Numbered from the stretch's first letter, positions 13,001-27,236 are shown. The stretch is 64,000 nt of DNA from Azolla caroliniana (GCA_043228905.1 JBHGNT010000018.1:9176001-9240000), one strand, 5' to 3'. Notes: generated from the sequence alone by a model not told the origin. Made by a program: numbers and translations.

Positions 13001-13189
13001 TTGTTATTGTGCACAAGCTGACCATTCACACACTAGTCGACTCAAGGAACACATTCCACCAACAATAAATTCTTCAAAATCACAATTCTAGACTCCTCCT
13101 TGAAGGAAATAAATTCCTCGAAATCACAAATTCACAAGTTCGACTCTCTTTGTCCAAAATTCATTCTTCCCTCGCAACTAGCAATGGGC

Positions 13190-13578
13190 CCGGTTTGGTT
13201 TCGGTTCGATTCAGTTTCTTGACCTTGAAACCAAACCAAACCATTTATTAATCATAAAATCCAAACCAAACTGTTTAAAAATTTTGAAGCCATTTAAACC
13301 GAACCGTTTAGAGCTGAACCGTTAAACCAAACCATTTAAAGAATAAGAGAAACCAAACTGTTTAAAACCAAATCGTTTACAAAAAATTTAAAACCAAACC
13401 AAACTGGTTTATCATAAATCAAAACAAAACCAAACCCTTTTTTATTGATATTAATTATAAATTTGTGTGAGAAAATCATCATAAAATTTTGTCATCATAC
13501 TTATCATAATTTTGTCATCATACTTATCATCAATTTTGTCATCATACTTATCATCAATTTGATCATCATACTTATCAT
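13190..13578. repeat. AT-rich AAACC-motif repeat followed by a 24-bp minisatellite (TCATCATACTTATCATCAATTTTG)
   Basis: Repeated AAACCAAACC/GGTTT motifs. The minisatellite resumes after the TSD at 20344. Confidence 0.6.
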
Positions 13579-14423
13579 TGTCAACACAAAGAGAAAGAGA
13601 GAGAAAGAGAGGAAAAGAGATACAGTGTTAAGATAGAAAGAGAGAATTGAAAAGAAAGTATTGTATTGCAATATAAGATGGAGTACAAAGAGTAGACAGT
13701 AGGGAGCTATAGGATGGCGTTGAACCAATTTGGTTTTTTGGAGGATTGATAGATCCCTATTTATAAGTCCCTATAGAGTAATATAAATTACTCTAGAATA
13801 TTCTAGGACATTCTAGAATATAGAGTAATCTAGTAGTCTAGAAGGTTCTAGTATATAGAACACTCTAGGACATTCTAGAATATAAAGTAATATAGAATAT
13901 TCTTAGGATATTAGATTATATATTCTAAAAACCATACACACAAACATGTTATTACAATGGTTAAGGATTTGACATGTGTATAACAAGGTTGTGGGTTCAA
14001 ATCCTTTCGAGGCATGATATGAGTGTCATCATGACACTATCCCGCTTCTTTGAGGCATGATGTGAGTGTCATCATGATACCATCCCCTTTCTTCGAGTCA
14101 TGATGTGAGTGTCATCATGACATTATCCCCCTTATTTGATGACACGTCTCACGGGTCGTAGGGTTTGTAGTAGGACCTCGTTTATGAGGATAGTCGCAAT
14201 GAAATGTGGTGACCATGTCTGCGGCATTGGAAAGATTTGTTGCAGGTTCCCAAGTTCGATCGTTGGAGGTATAGCCTACCCGATCAACCAAGTAATACAA
14301 CTTGTTGCGCACGATTTTAGAATCGAGAATGGCAGCATCCTCAAATTCAAGTCCTTCCAAGAACTCAATAGGTGGTGGGAGAGTTATAAGATGACCCGGA
14401 ATTGAACTTGTGGTGTAAGGTTC

Positions 14424-16320
14424 TGTTGAGAATCGAAGTCAACTTCCCATAGAAATAGGTTTCACATTAGCTCATGGATATACTAGGCTAGTTTTGTAAA
14501 TAGCAAAAAGGGGCCTTGCCCTGGTTTCGTTGGTATTTAAACCAACATTTTGTAACTTTGTTACTGTTGGATGTAATACATAATTTTCTCATCTTAAGAC
14601 TCTCTCGCTCTGTTTCTCATACGCACGCGTGCACACACACACACACACAGTCCTGCCGCTACATACAATCACTCTCCTTTCTTTACATGGTATCAAAGCA
14701 TGTGGTTTTTTGATCAAGACTAATCGATTGCGGTGTTCTACATACCGAAGATCAATAGAACATGTTCAAGAAACACAGAAGAAATCATCATGAATACTCC
14801 GATGGGAAACGCTCTTCCTATGGAGAAGCTCGATGGGACAAACTTTGCATCTTGGGAGTACAAGATGCATCAGTACCTTGTCAGACAAGGATATTGGAGC
14901 TATATTGAAGGAGCTCACGAAACGCAACCAAACCTAACACACGTCGACTATCCTGTTTGGGAGCAAGCCGTAAGTCGTGTGTTGTATTGCCTTGCATCAT
15001 ACGTACATGATCACATGCTCGGCTATATTCGAGAAACAAAAACACTGAAAGAAGCATGGGCAATCTCAAGAGGATCTTCACGGCCAATACGGCTGCTTGC
15101 AAGCTCCAGCTTTGTCAAGAGTTGAATGGCATTCAACAAAGGGACATGTCAATCGGTAGCTACTCCTTGAAGATCAAGGAGTTGTGTGATGCCCTTGGGT
15201 CGATCAATGTTTGGCATTGACGATGAAGAAATGGTACAGATATGCCTCAGAGGCTTGGCACCTCGATTCAGCGCAATAAGGTCCGTCGTCCTCGCAAGAG
15301 AGAATGCTCCCAACTTTTTCGATCTCCAGTCAATATTGCTAGTCGAGGAAAATCACACCCAACAAAGGAGCAACGCACCAGAGGGTCAGATGCTCTACTC
15401 CCAGTCGGATAATAGAAGAAATTTTGGTCGTGGGAATAGAGGTCAATTCGGACAAGGCAGTCACAGTCAGAAGACCCAAGAGCATAACTCCCACCAATGC
15501 CAAGCGGACAGGAACAATCCTAGAGAGTTCGGCAGAAGGGGGAGTCATCACATTGGACCAAGGAATCGTGATAACCCAATCAAATGTGGATATTGTGGAA
15601 AACTCGGTCACTACGAAGAGGAGTGCCGAAAGAAGAAGCGAGAGTCGGCCTCAACCAGCCGACAACTCACGAACTACGCATCGATTCCGACGACGACAAC
15701 CGTAGCGGAATGTTCACGAATTACGCATCAAATTCCGACTATGACAATCGTTGCGGAATGTTCACGAATTACACATCGAATTCCGACTACGACAATCATA
15801 GCGGAATGTTCACGAATTACGCATCGAATTCTGACTACGACGATCGTAGCGGAATGTTCATGATGAGGCACAAAGTGCACTCAATGGCGACTCAAGGTGA
15901 AACAAACACCACGCCCTCAGAGAATGTGTGGTTTGTTGACTCGGGAGCATCCACTAATATGACATTTCATGAAAATTGGTTATGAGAATTACGAAAGCCC
16001 GAATGGCCCGGATATGTCGAAACAGGCGATGACACGACTCATTCAATACGGCATATCGGGAACGTCCCATTCGGAAACGAAGGCAAACAAACCTACCTCA
16101 AAAATATCATGCATGTCCCAACCATCACAAAGAACCTGGTCTTGGTCGGCCAAATCGTCGAACAAGGCATGCAAGTACGATTCAACATTGACGGATGCTT
16201 CATTGAAAAAGACGATCGAGTCATAGCTCACGGCTGTTGAGAAGGCCGAATGTTCATCCTCAAGTCAAGCGAGGTGAAGTCCGCTATGTTCGCTAATGGC
16301 ATCAAAGTCGATATACACCT
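14424..16320 (+). mobile_element. Truncated Ty1/copia (5' LTR, PBS, gag, protease) nested in the chromovirus integrase
   Basis: LTR TG..CA at 14424-14687. PBS TGGTATCAAAGC at 14688-14699. Motifs EKLDGTNFASW, CGYCGKLGHYEEEC and WFVDSGAS. No 3' LTR. Confidence 0.88.
15667..15860 (+). repeat. 4 x about 48-bp tandem repeat (TNYASNSDYDDRSGMF) in the copia Gag-protease linker
   Basis: Unit TCACGAATTACGCATCGAATTCCGACTACGACGATCGTAGCGGAATGT. Confidence 0.9.
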
Positions 16321-19300
16321 TTTGAAACTAGGAGATCGGTAATGAAATCCAAGGATATAGACTTCCAAGGATTTTCCGGAATGGGAAGTGGTTGTAGTAA
16401 GCCATAGGATCGGTATCGAGGAATTTTTGATCGACAACATGTATCACAGCTGCGAACATACTCCTCAACAAAATGACAAAGACGAGGCCGCCAATATTGT
16501 CGAGAAATTAATTCTAGAGTTTTGCGTACTCCAAAATGTCCAACCATTGGTGAGTCATGGCAGTGTTGTAAAACTTGTAGTCGTGGGGGACCATCAGGAA
16601 CATACAATAGGTTTTGTTGAAATAGAAAACCACCATGCCAATAGAAGTGACGATAATTATTACGAGGGTTTTTCAACTGCGAGCAAGAAGCACGATCTAG
16701 GACAATATGATCCAAAACACCCTTGGTGAATTCATCAGTGGCCATATGATCTCGAATGGAATCAAGAAGAATGGAATCTTCAAATGTTGGTATGGCATTA
16801 ACTACCATTAATCGTAGGTGATTAGGATCCAAAAGGATTTGTTTTTGATGCCCTAACACAGGTTCCCCTGGACGAAGTTCCATATAATAGCGTCGAGAAA
16901 GCGCATCTGCTTTGCCTTGTTGCATCCTAGGGCAATATATGATTACAAAGTCGAAGTGGTCAAAAATTGCGCCCACCGGGCTTGTCACCAATTCAAGACT
17001 TGAGCATTTTGAAAATATGTCAGGTTCTTATGATCATTGTAGACAATGATATGCTGAGAAGAGCCTTCTAGAAAATGTCTCCATTGTTGAAAAGAATCCA
17101 CAATTGCAAGAAGTTCTTTGTCATGGATCTCGTAGCTGATCTCTGTAGCTTCAAACGTTTGGGAATGAAAGGCGATAGGTGTAGCTCTCCGTAATCTCCA
17201 GTCTACGATAAGACACTTCCTAGTGCAAAATCGAATGCATCAGCTTCAAGGATGAAGTGTTTTGTTGGGTCTACATGTGCTAAAATAGGTGTCATTGTAA
17301 ACGCCCATTTTAAACTTTCAAATGCCTTGACTGCATTTGAACTCCATATGAATAGTTGATTTTTGTGTGTGAGTTGAGTGAGCGGAAGCACAACCTTAGA
17401 ATAAATTTCTGATAAAAGTTCGCAAACCCGAGAAAACATTGCACATCGCGCACTGAAATAAGCGTCTGCCACTCTAAAATTGCTTGAACCTTCATGGGGT
17501 CCATAGAAATACCATCTGATGATACAACGTACCCCAAAAATTCCACCTGATTCTGTCCGAAACTACACTTTTCTAATTTTGCGTAGAGACCATATTCTCA
17601 TAGTCGACGTAGTATCTGACGAACATGTTCATCATGATCCTCTTGGATCTTCAAGTAGATCAAAATGTCATCTAGGTAAACTATAGTGAAGATATAGAGA
17701 AAATCTCGAAAAATATCATTCGCCATATGCTGGAAAACCAAACTGCATGTGCATTCGTGAGACCGAATGGCATCACAGTATACTCAAAATGTCCATAGCG
17801 AGTGCGAAAAGCGATCTTCCATTCATCCCCCGAACGAATCCGAACTAGATTATATGCACCCCGATGGTCCAATTTCATGAAAAATTTTGTTCCACTAAGA
17901 CATTCCAAAAGATTCGAGATTAACAGTAGAGCATATCTATTCCGGATCGTCACTTTGTTTAACCCTTGATAATCCACGACCAACCGAAGAGACCCATTCT
18001 TTTTCTTAACGAAGAAGATAGGTGCACCAGCAAGGGATCTAGAATGCCAAATGAATCCATTTGCGAGATTCTCATCGATATATTCCCGCAAAGTCTTTAG
18101 CGCTATAGGGGAGAAATTATAAATTGGGCCCCATGGAGGTTCTTTCCCTGGTTGCAAGTCAATAGGGCAGTCGTATGGCCGATGCTCTAGGAATGTATTG
18201 CCCTTCACCTTATCAAAGACGTCGGAGAACTCTTTGTATTTGTCTGGTAGTTTAATGTCCCCTTCATGTAAGGTGGATGATGGAGTTGCTACTATTGCAA
18301 ATACGAACATATCCTCGGTCCCCCCTTCCTCATGTAACTAGCGTAAAGAGATGGTCGATAACTTATGGGATCTAGTATCAAATGTCGGAGAGTTGAGGGA
18401 TGCGAGCTTTGTTCTTTCTTCCGGGGTCTCCTCAATTGTCCTTTTCATCCAATCAATCTTCGGGTACCAAGGGAGACCTAGAACAATTGGGTGCTCCAGA
18501 CTGCGAATAATGTTGAAAGGGATTATGCTTGCCAAATCGCCAAGAACTATACGAATTGGCTCAGACTCCTCAACTATATCACCTGATGCTATGGGACGGC
18601 CATCAATGACTCCTACGGCTATTGGGTTCAAGAGCTTATTCAAAAGGATGTTTTGTGACAATGCAAATTCATGATCCATGAAACAAGAGTTGGCTCCAAA
18701 ATCTAGGAGGGCAAAGGCTAGGACTCGATGACATGTAGATGTGGTAAGCTCAACTTCTGCAGAAAAACTCTACTCACTTGACTCGATGAAATGGAACCAC
18801 GACGAGGAACTAACTCTACATATCTAGGATGGTCCATCCAAATGGCTCCTATTTTGGTCGGACTTATTTGTTTAACACATCCTCTAATTGACTCAAGACA
18901 TCGAATCTATTCTCATGGCATGGACTATTAGGCTTATTTATGTTATTTGAAGTAACAATGGAACTCGAAGTAGGGATTTCATGTGCACTTACTTGGTATA
19001 GTTGACGTCTAAGTTTATGTGGACAATTCACGGCTATATGTCTTGGACCGCCACAATATAGGCATAGGCGGTGCGCTCGACGTCGTTGCTTCTCAACATC
19101 TGATAAAGGCCCTCGACGTTGTGTTGTCTCTATTTCCATCGGAGTTGGTCCATCCCTTGTAATGGGTTTGGAAACTTGTGGAGGCGTTGCGACTACAGAA
19201 GCATACGTCTGTTCCGGTTTACGACGTAACATTTGTTGGCGCTCAGAACGTCACTCAAATAGGCGATTATCACATCACACGGCTCAATTAATGGCCTCTG

Positions 19301-20599
19301 TTAGAGACTTCGGATCTTCATGTAAAGTAAGAAGAAAATCTTTGACATCATTACGCAAAACTTGACAGAATTGATCCATTAAGGCCGCCTCATCCCAAGG
19401 GATATCGCATGCCAAAAGACGGAAATCAGCTACGTAAGTCGACGCGGGACGATCTCCTTGTCGGAGCCTTTGAATCTTGTTTATCGTCGTCCTAGTGTTG
19501 TTAGTGTCTCCGAAACTAGCTTGAAACTCCTTAACAAATGCCTCAAAATCCTCCAACAACGGTGATTTCTTCTCGAGAAGTGGTGCAAACCATGCTAATG
19601 TTGTACCACATAGCAAGGTTCCCACTAATCCCACACGAGTAGCATCAGTTGGGTACTAGTTGGGATGTAACTGAATAACCAAACGGACTTGATTCAAGAA
19701 GCCTCGAAATAAAGACCTCGTACCATCAAACTTGGCAGGGAGGGTAATCTTTGGTTCTCGAGGGGAGTTTTGAGCCCCCGACGCTTGTTCTCGTAATGAC
19801 AATATAGTAGCCTCAAGTTGATGAACCCGTTGTGATAATTCTTCACGTTGTTGAGATTTTTCGGTACTTGCTTGTCGTAGGTTGCCCAATAGCCTTTGAT
19901 TTTCATGCTCTAATGCCACAAATTTATTCGTGAGCATGTCAAGCTTAGAAAGAACACGCATGTATTCTTGTTTGATCACGAACTCCATAACTTACGAGGG
20001 GAGAGGAGAAGAAAGAAGAGAACTTGTTGGAAGAGGGAGAAATAAAAAATTGGATTGATAGATCCCTATTTATAAGTCCCTATAGAGTAATATAGATTAC
20101 TCTAGAATATTCTAGGACATTCTAGAATATAGAGTAATCTAGTAGTCTAGAAGGTTCTAGCATATAGAACACTCTAGGACATTCTAGAATATAAAGTAAT
20201 ATAGAATATTCTTATGATATTACATTATATATTCTAAAATAATACATATAAACATGTTATTACAATGGTTAAGGATTTGACGTGTGTATAACAAGGTTGT
20301 GAGTGTCCCTTCTTTGAGGCATGATGTGACTGTCATCATGACAATCATATTTGATCATCATAAATGAAAAGGAGACTCTACATATAATCCATATAAAATT
20401 TAATAAGTTAAAACTAGAGTTTAAAATTAAAAGTTGAACGTTAGAGCCTATAGGGAAAATTTGTGAGTATTTTTTAACCTTTAAACCAAACCACATGAAC
20501 AGATGAGTATTTTTTAGGGAAAAGTACCAAGATACCCCTTGAAGTTCGTCTATTTATCAGAATACCCCTAGAAGTTCCAAATTTACCAAACTACCCCTA

Positions 20600-21195
20600 T
20601 GTCCAAATAAAGTCACTATTCAAAATAATTATCCCTTGCTTAAAGTAGACAATTTAATAGATCGTTTAGGAGGATCTATATACTTTTCTAATCTATTGAT
20701 TTAAGAACTAGTTATCACCATATTCACATTGCTAAAAACGGTTTCCTAAAAAGGCATTGTGTACGTGTTATAGTCATAACAAATTCCTAGTCATGCCTTT
20801 TTGTTTGATTAATGCTCCAGCCACATTCCAACAAGAAATGAATGGTATGTTTTGAGACGAACTAGGCCAATTTATTGCCGTATTCTTGGATGATGCCTTT
20901 TGGTTAGATTAATGGTATTTTTTGAGACCTACTCGGCCAATTTATTGTCATATGCTTGGATGATATTCTTACTTACAATCATATATGAGATGAATGGTAA
21001 ACAAGTCAATTTTTTCCTCCAAACATTATGCGGAAAACAAAATTTTGGCAAGGTATTGAAATGTGAGTTTTCCAAGAAATCAATTACTTATCTTGGAAAT
21101 TTGATCATTGAACGAGGTATGCAAATTGATCCTTCTCGAAAGAGAAAGTTGAACTCTATCCTACTCCTTTAATATAAAAACAACTCAAGATAGAG
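20600..21195 (+). pseudogene. Degraded gypsy RT remnant similar to the element at 210-4213
   Basis: Visible similarity: [39 protein letters not shown]. Confidence 0.7.
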
Positions 21196-21199
21196 TCTG

Positions 21200-22860
21200 A
21201 TGACGTGATGTGGGAAGCTCACATGAGGAAATGTAGTAAGTAGGCGTAAGTTATTTGGGACAAGTATAACAAGGATGATATTGCACATAGAGATCGTAGC
21301 CCTCCTCTACCTAACAATACATGCATATACTTGTTTCCACACTAACTCCTCGTTGCACATTAGTACACAAATATATTTATAAATCTATAGATAGATAGAT
21401 AGATATACATATATCACAATGTATGCGTGTAAATTTGTAATTAGTGCACATGCCAACTTATAAACACACATTAGTACCTGTATATACCTATATTTGCTCA
21501 CACACGTACCCTTGCACATAGATTTTCAATCAAACAAATACACGCTTAGTATTCACAATTAGAACTACATTCTTGCTTACAAGCATCTAGGCATGTAGTT
21601 ATACACTCACACACTTCCAAATCTATCTAGTTACACACATGCATATTCATACACGGCAAATGTCTCTCACACACACATATATCTAACTCACATACATTTT
21701 TATAAACATGGATGGACTATCCTCTCTTGAACATATTCGAAATTTGGCCAAAAGAGAGTTACCTATTGTACACAATGTCAACAAGTGTCATTCACACGTG
21801 AGTACCTACGAGAGAGCTAATTGAACTGCTCTAAAAAAACCAAAGAGGTCTTGGACACAACTACATTATCACTTTGATTGAAGATCTCTATCATCATATG
21901 TTTGTATATCTTATGCATAGAAAGGCTAAATATTTTACATGTTTTGAGAAGCTTAGAAGTTTGGTGGGAATGAGACTGTGGAAAATCAGTTACTTGAAGT
22001 TTGACAACAAACAATATTCTAAAAAAACACACAGACTTCTTCCAAAACGAAAGAATCTACAATTAGCTCACACATAGATGCATGTCATAGAAAAATGGCA
22101 TAGCAACAACAAAGAAGCCCTCAACTCGTAATTTCATAGAAGCCATGACATATTTTTTGTTCAAATGGCATATTGGTGTACCCCAAGATCACCAAATCTA
22201 CAACAAAGGATTTTGGGCTATTGGTATATTAGCCTAACCCCTACTGCATGCAAATTATCTATAGCCTAATATACTTGACTACAATTTATGATGATGCCTC
22301 AACTATATGGTCTATCCACTGAACCACTCCATACAAACATTGTGCTTAAAGGGTTGTGTAGTATTTCAAAGAAATAACTAATTGCAAAAGAATTTCAATA
22401 TGCCTACAAGGGCATATGGATGTCAACAAGAAGCAACCTATTATGACATTGTCCAACATACAAGCAAAATATATGAACAATATGGCTCAAACAAATACTG
22501 AAGGACTTTCGCATGTATGGCATAGACATACATCTATGACAATCTCAGTTGTATCCAATCACCACAGAATCCTATGTTTGATGAATGTACCAAATACATT
22601 GAGATGCATTATCATTGTATTCACATGAGGACCATAACAAGGGACATGGATATCCAAGGGGGAAAAAAGGAACATGGATATCCAACATATCCACATAAGC
22701 CAATTTTTAAAACCAATAGGTCTGTCTATGAACAAGTAGCAATGTTGCATGATCCTCCGCAAAACTTCGGTTCAGTTCTTAACGTCCAAGTAGGTCTATG
22801 AACATGTTGCATTGTTACATGATCCTCAACAAAAGTTCTCCTTGGTTCTTTATATACATG
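21200..22860 (+). pseudogene. Highly degraded copia-like remnant
   Basis: Integrase-like and RNase H-like traces (TKYIEMHYH). Confidence 0.4.
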
Positions 22861-23786
22861 ACCTTACTCTACTAGCATAATAGCTTGCCAATAAGGGAGG
22901 AAATTTGAAAAGAGAAACTAGGGACATTTGGCCATTTTGAAAAACATCTAGGGTTAGTTCAAAAATGTGTTGAATTAGTAGTTGGAGTATTTTGGTAAGT
23001 ATTTGCTACATCTTATTAGCATTGAATTTTCTTATTAATTAAACTCAATTTTTTTCAGTAAATCATGTTGTACATAAACTAAAAACCACTCAGGAATAAA
23101 GTCAAGCTTGACACCCACACCAAAAAGATTTATGTAAGCTAAGCTTGAGGTTATGAGTAACAATTCCTAGATAGCATTAATGTCTAGCATCTCTTATATG
23201 GTGTATAAGTTCATTGCTTCCACTTGCAATTTAGCATGCATTGTTGTTAACATGTATACTATCTAGTAAGTTAAGTTTGCTCAAAACGTTTTATTAGCTA
23301 CTCCTCCTGAGTTTCAGGTTAAATATCTCCCATTATGAGGAGAGAATACAAAGTTTAAGGAAATTGTCAACTGATATAAAACTAAAATTTAACATTTACC
23401 ATAGGCCCCTGGTTGACGTTTGTTTAATACATCTTGCCTATGTTTGCCTAGGTTGAACCTTTTTTAACATGCTAAGAACACCATACAATGTCTAGGAATT
23501 AACAAGCAAATTAGATGATACAAGTTAACATATCATGATATACATATACATATGCAATGTCTCAAACCACATCACTATTTATGAAAAAACATGATCACAT
23601 CAAGCAAGACATACTTGCCAACTGGATGATACAAGATAGTAATAAATCATGACATAAATATACATATGCAATGTCTCAAATCAAATCATTGAAAAGATAA
23701 ACAATTTGATCAGATTGGGTAAGACAAACAAATGAAGTTCTAGGAAATTATGCCACAAGTTCATGTACTCAAGGATCACTTTACAC

Positions 23787-25982
23787 CTAATCCCGCTTAC
23801 GCCAGGAAGGTTGCTTACGTGGAATCTTGCTTAGAATCGCTTCATCAAAGAATTTGTATTGGTTGGCCACTTCTTTCAAAGCAATATTCGCAAAGTTGTC
23901 AATAGAATCCCCATGTTTCTCATATAACAATGGCATGGTGTGGGCGGCTATGACAGCTGCATAATCCCATAAAATTCACTTAGGCCAAAACGAACATGTG
24001 TACATGAGAGAGAGAAAGAGAGAGTGAGAGAGAGAAAACTCTACCCCTACATCCACAATGACATCTAATAAATTAAGAGGATATATATGGAGTAATAGAG
24101 AGATGAGAAAATTGGGTATCGAACCCAAGATCTAGGGTTAGTAGTATGACTTACCACTAGGTAAAGCAATTACAAAAAAACTGAGAGACATTTATTATCA
24201 TCGTAAAAATCAAATATGACATTTGAGACCAAAAACACAACATTTTCACGTAACACATGTGAATGTGAGTAGCAATTCTCGATGTTCAAGTACGTTACTA
24301 ATGAATGTTGCATTGAAAGGGCACACTAATTGTGAGAAACTCATGCAATTGAGAGTGGAGTGCGTGTATGTGTTTGTGTGTGTGTTTTGCATTGTTGTTC
24401 TTTGGGTTAAGATATGACCAACGGGATTGAAGGAAATGTTTGTGTGCATGTGTGTGTAGTAGAGCCCTCACGTGACCATAGGTGCACAAAAGGTTTACTA
24501 GCAAATATTGCAATCAATTCCACATTGTGCATTGTAAGAGACATGTGTTTGGATAGGGTTAATTATTGATAATAATAAAAAGTGTGAATGTCATACAGTC
24601 AAAACGCACGCCCCAGCATCTCATATTGCATTGAACAAAATGAGAGCTAAGCCAAATGGGAGCAATAGCATGGATTACAGATAGGGGGGTTGAGATCATT
24701 GGGCATGTAAGGTTTCCCATCACACTACCTGAGAAAAAATAACATGTTCCTTCCTTTGATAAATTGAGGGGATTGTTATCTATAGTAGAAAAGACCCCAG
24801 GGCAAATGGCACACCACTATTGTCAGGTGTAGTGTAGAAAGGAAAGAAAAATATTGTTGTGTGAAATGAAGGTCACTGGGAAGGTTTTTCTTATACCGGG
24901 GGGGGGGGGGGGGGGGAGCAATGCAATTTTCTCAACCATAGTGTGAAAGGAACCAAGGGGAGAGAGATAGAGACAGACGGACGTATTTTATTATCATCCC
25001 CGGACAACGAATATGACAAATGGCACAAAAGTGAAACAATTTACTAATGAATACCGCAATTGAGAGAGAGCATACTAGGGCCGAGTGAGGAGGAAGGAGA
25101 CACAGAGATAGAGGCACTCACCGAGTAGCAAAAGTGTGAGGAAATGGAACCAGGTACCAAAGACCACGAGAAACGAAAGAATGCCCGCAAGCTGCAAACA
25201 AGAGAGGATGTCTTTCAGCATTCATGTTATTAGAGAACAAGAATCTAAACCTTTGCTTTTTGAGACTTGCTTCTGTTCTCTCCTACTTTCTTCTTCATTA
25301 AAGCAAGAATGCATGCCATACTAACTGGAATTCTCTTTTCCTTTCCACACACAAGAAAGAACCCGAGAAAAGGAATGAGAAAAGAGAATGCTGAGTTTGA
25401 AAGGCTCCAATTAAGATAAACAATCTTTGTTCTAAAGATCTTTGTGTTTTTGGTTTTTGGTTTTAATTGTTGTTTGTTGTTTGTTGTTTGTTGTTTGTTG
25501 TTTGTTGTTTGTTGTTTGTTGTTTGTTGTTTGTTTTTGGCTTTTGGCTTTTTGCTTTTTGCTTTTTGTCGTTCGTCTTTTGCTTTGTGTTTTTTTCTTTG
25601 GTTCCTCTGTGTTTGTCTTTTTGTTTCTGTCTTGTCTTGTTTGTTTTGATTTTGTTGAAGAAATGGAAAGTGTGTGGAGATACCTTTAGGAACTGTTTGA
25701 GATCTTTGCCCAATGCAATGTCATGAAGGATTGCCAGCAACCTGTTGATCTCTGTTTTCAGCAATTTTCCATACTCAAGAACTTGTTGATCAGAGATTTG
25801 CAATCTGGGAACTGCAGGAGGATCCCTGCAAGAAGAAGGGAAAGAAGAAAATGATGGAACAGATGACTTATGGATAACAACGATTAATCATTGCACGCAG
25901 ACACAGAAGAAGATGATGAGGATACAGAAGATACAGAGAAAGTGAATGGAAAAATGTCAACATAGTCCACAGATTGGGTGGG

Positions 25983-26020
<38 letters not shown>

Positions 26021-27017
26021 CAAAAGATCTGCGGTATAGGACCAGAGAAAGACGAAAACAATGGCCACAAGGAGTACAAAGGAGATGACAGACACAAAAT
26101 GGTAGCCAATCCATTCGAACACAACCCAAAGGATGGCAGATCCCACAATGGTGCTCGCAGACAGATGTTTCTTCCTCCATAGCAGAACATCAGCAGCTAT
26201 GTTGGATCATTCACACATTCAATCACCATCACCAACAACAGATTGTTAGCTTCTCCAAAAACCTAACCAATGCAAATGCAGCACAGGCAGCAGGTCCCAA
26301 GAACTCTTAGAAACAGTACGTAACATATTCGTACACATCATTAGGTTCTCAACACCGTTAAATGTGTGGGAAATGTTTTGTCAATAGCAGATCGTTATGC
26401 TTTAGAAGCCCTTTGGCTGTGCAAATTTCTGATGAAATATAGATTCATTAGCGTCCAGAAACCGTAAAACCCTACGTATTTCTTATGAGTAGAAGTTCAC
26501 TATGCTCTTGCAACCCATAACTGTGCAAATGTTTGATGAATTACAGATTCATTATGATCTGGAAAGCCTACCTAAACTCTGTGTAAATTGAAATTACTGG
26601 TCTTTAAGTCTTTAGAAATGATAGACAGCCTGTGATTTAGGACTTTTGATCCTTAGAAACCCTGAATTGAAGAATTTCTTATGACCTACTGATTTTTGAG
26701 GTTTGGAATGCCTGAAGGTCGGAAATGTTTTATCATTTGCTGCTCTGGAGAACCCGACACAGTTAGAATTGACTACGAATTTGGTGTTGTTAGGTGCAGG
26801 AAACCCTAAAAACTGTGCCAATATGTCATATTTTTATTGACAGATGGATAGATTCTAAACAATTCAGAAATAGAGCGCCAGACACCTGCTGCTACTCAAA
26901 AACAGGAGACGAAATTTCACGTGCAAAACTAGGTCTTTGCTTCTTGCATCCAAGCAGACATGTTGAAATTTCCAGAGATTTGATTTTAGGAGTGAAGCAG
27001 CAAAAAAGAGGAATGAA

Positions 27018-27057
<40 letters not shown>

Positions 27058-27236
27058 AGAATTTACTTACAGTGGCCTCCTCCGAGGAAGTCGTGCATTT
27101 GCTGTCCACGTCCGGAGAAGAAAGAGGATGCGGCGGAGGAAGCAGAAGGCGGCGGCACGAACTGAGCTGAGGAAGCTTCCCTCACGGAATGAATGAGGTT
27201 TTCGAGGAGGCTCTCATCTTCATGACGCCCAGGCAT
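23787..27236 (-). CDS. RTNLB: Reticulon-like protein B, 242 aa; exons 27236-27071, 26196-26016, 25825-25684, 25191-25122, 23956-23787
   Basis: All introns are GT-AG and phases are consistent (166+181+142+70+170=729 nt). The 181/142/70-nt internal exons are typical of plant RTNLB genes. Motifs: LGGG.SADVLLWR, two hydrophobic hairpins, PLLYEKH.D.ID, ILSKIPR. Confidence 0.95.
24110..24167 (-). mobile_element. tRNA-derived SINE-like head in reticulon intron 4
   Basis: Minus strand reads TACCTAGTGGTAAG...GGGTTCGATACCC (A and B boxes). Confidence 0.4.
25440..25660. repeat. (TTGTTGT)n-type microsatellite in reticulon intron 3
   Basis: Seen directly in the sequence; it accounts for several spurious ORFs. 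Confidence 0.9.

Larger units (their letters stand above)
13579..20343 (-). mobile_element. Tcn1-like chromovirus related to 4959-10685, degraded, with a nested copia
   Basis: TSD ATCAT at 13574-13578 and 20344-20348. Termini TGTCATGA...TGACA. Gag 19988-18864, PR/RT/RH/INT fragments 18680-16320, chromodomain 14360-14115. 3' LTR 14122-13579; the 5' LTR (20343 to about 20050) lacks R-U5. Confidence 0.92.

Noticed and set aside
12315-13030. Solo LTR
   Set aside because: It has LTR-like composition and a TATA box, but termini and TSD could not be fixed.
20515-23005. Mutator-like element with long TIRs capturing retroelement fragments
   Set aside because: The ends have TIR-like composition, but I could not align them convincingly or find a TSD.
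25432-25803. Cys/Val/Leu-rich or Lys/Gln-rich ORFs
   Set aside because: These are translations of an intronic microsatellite; only 25684-25825 is coding.
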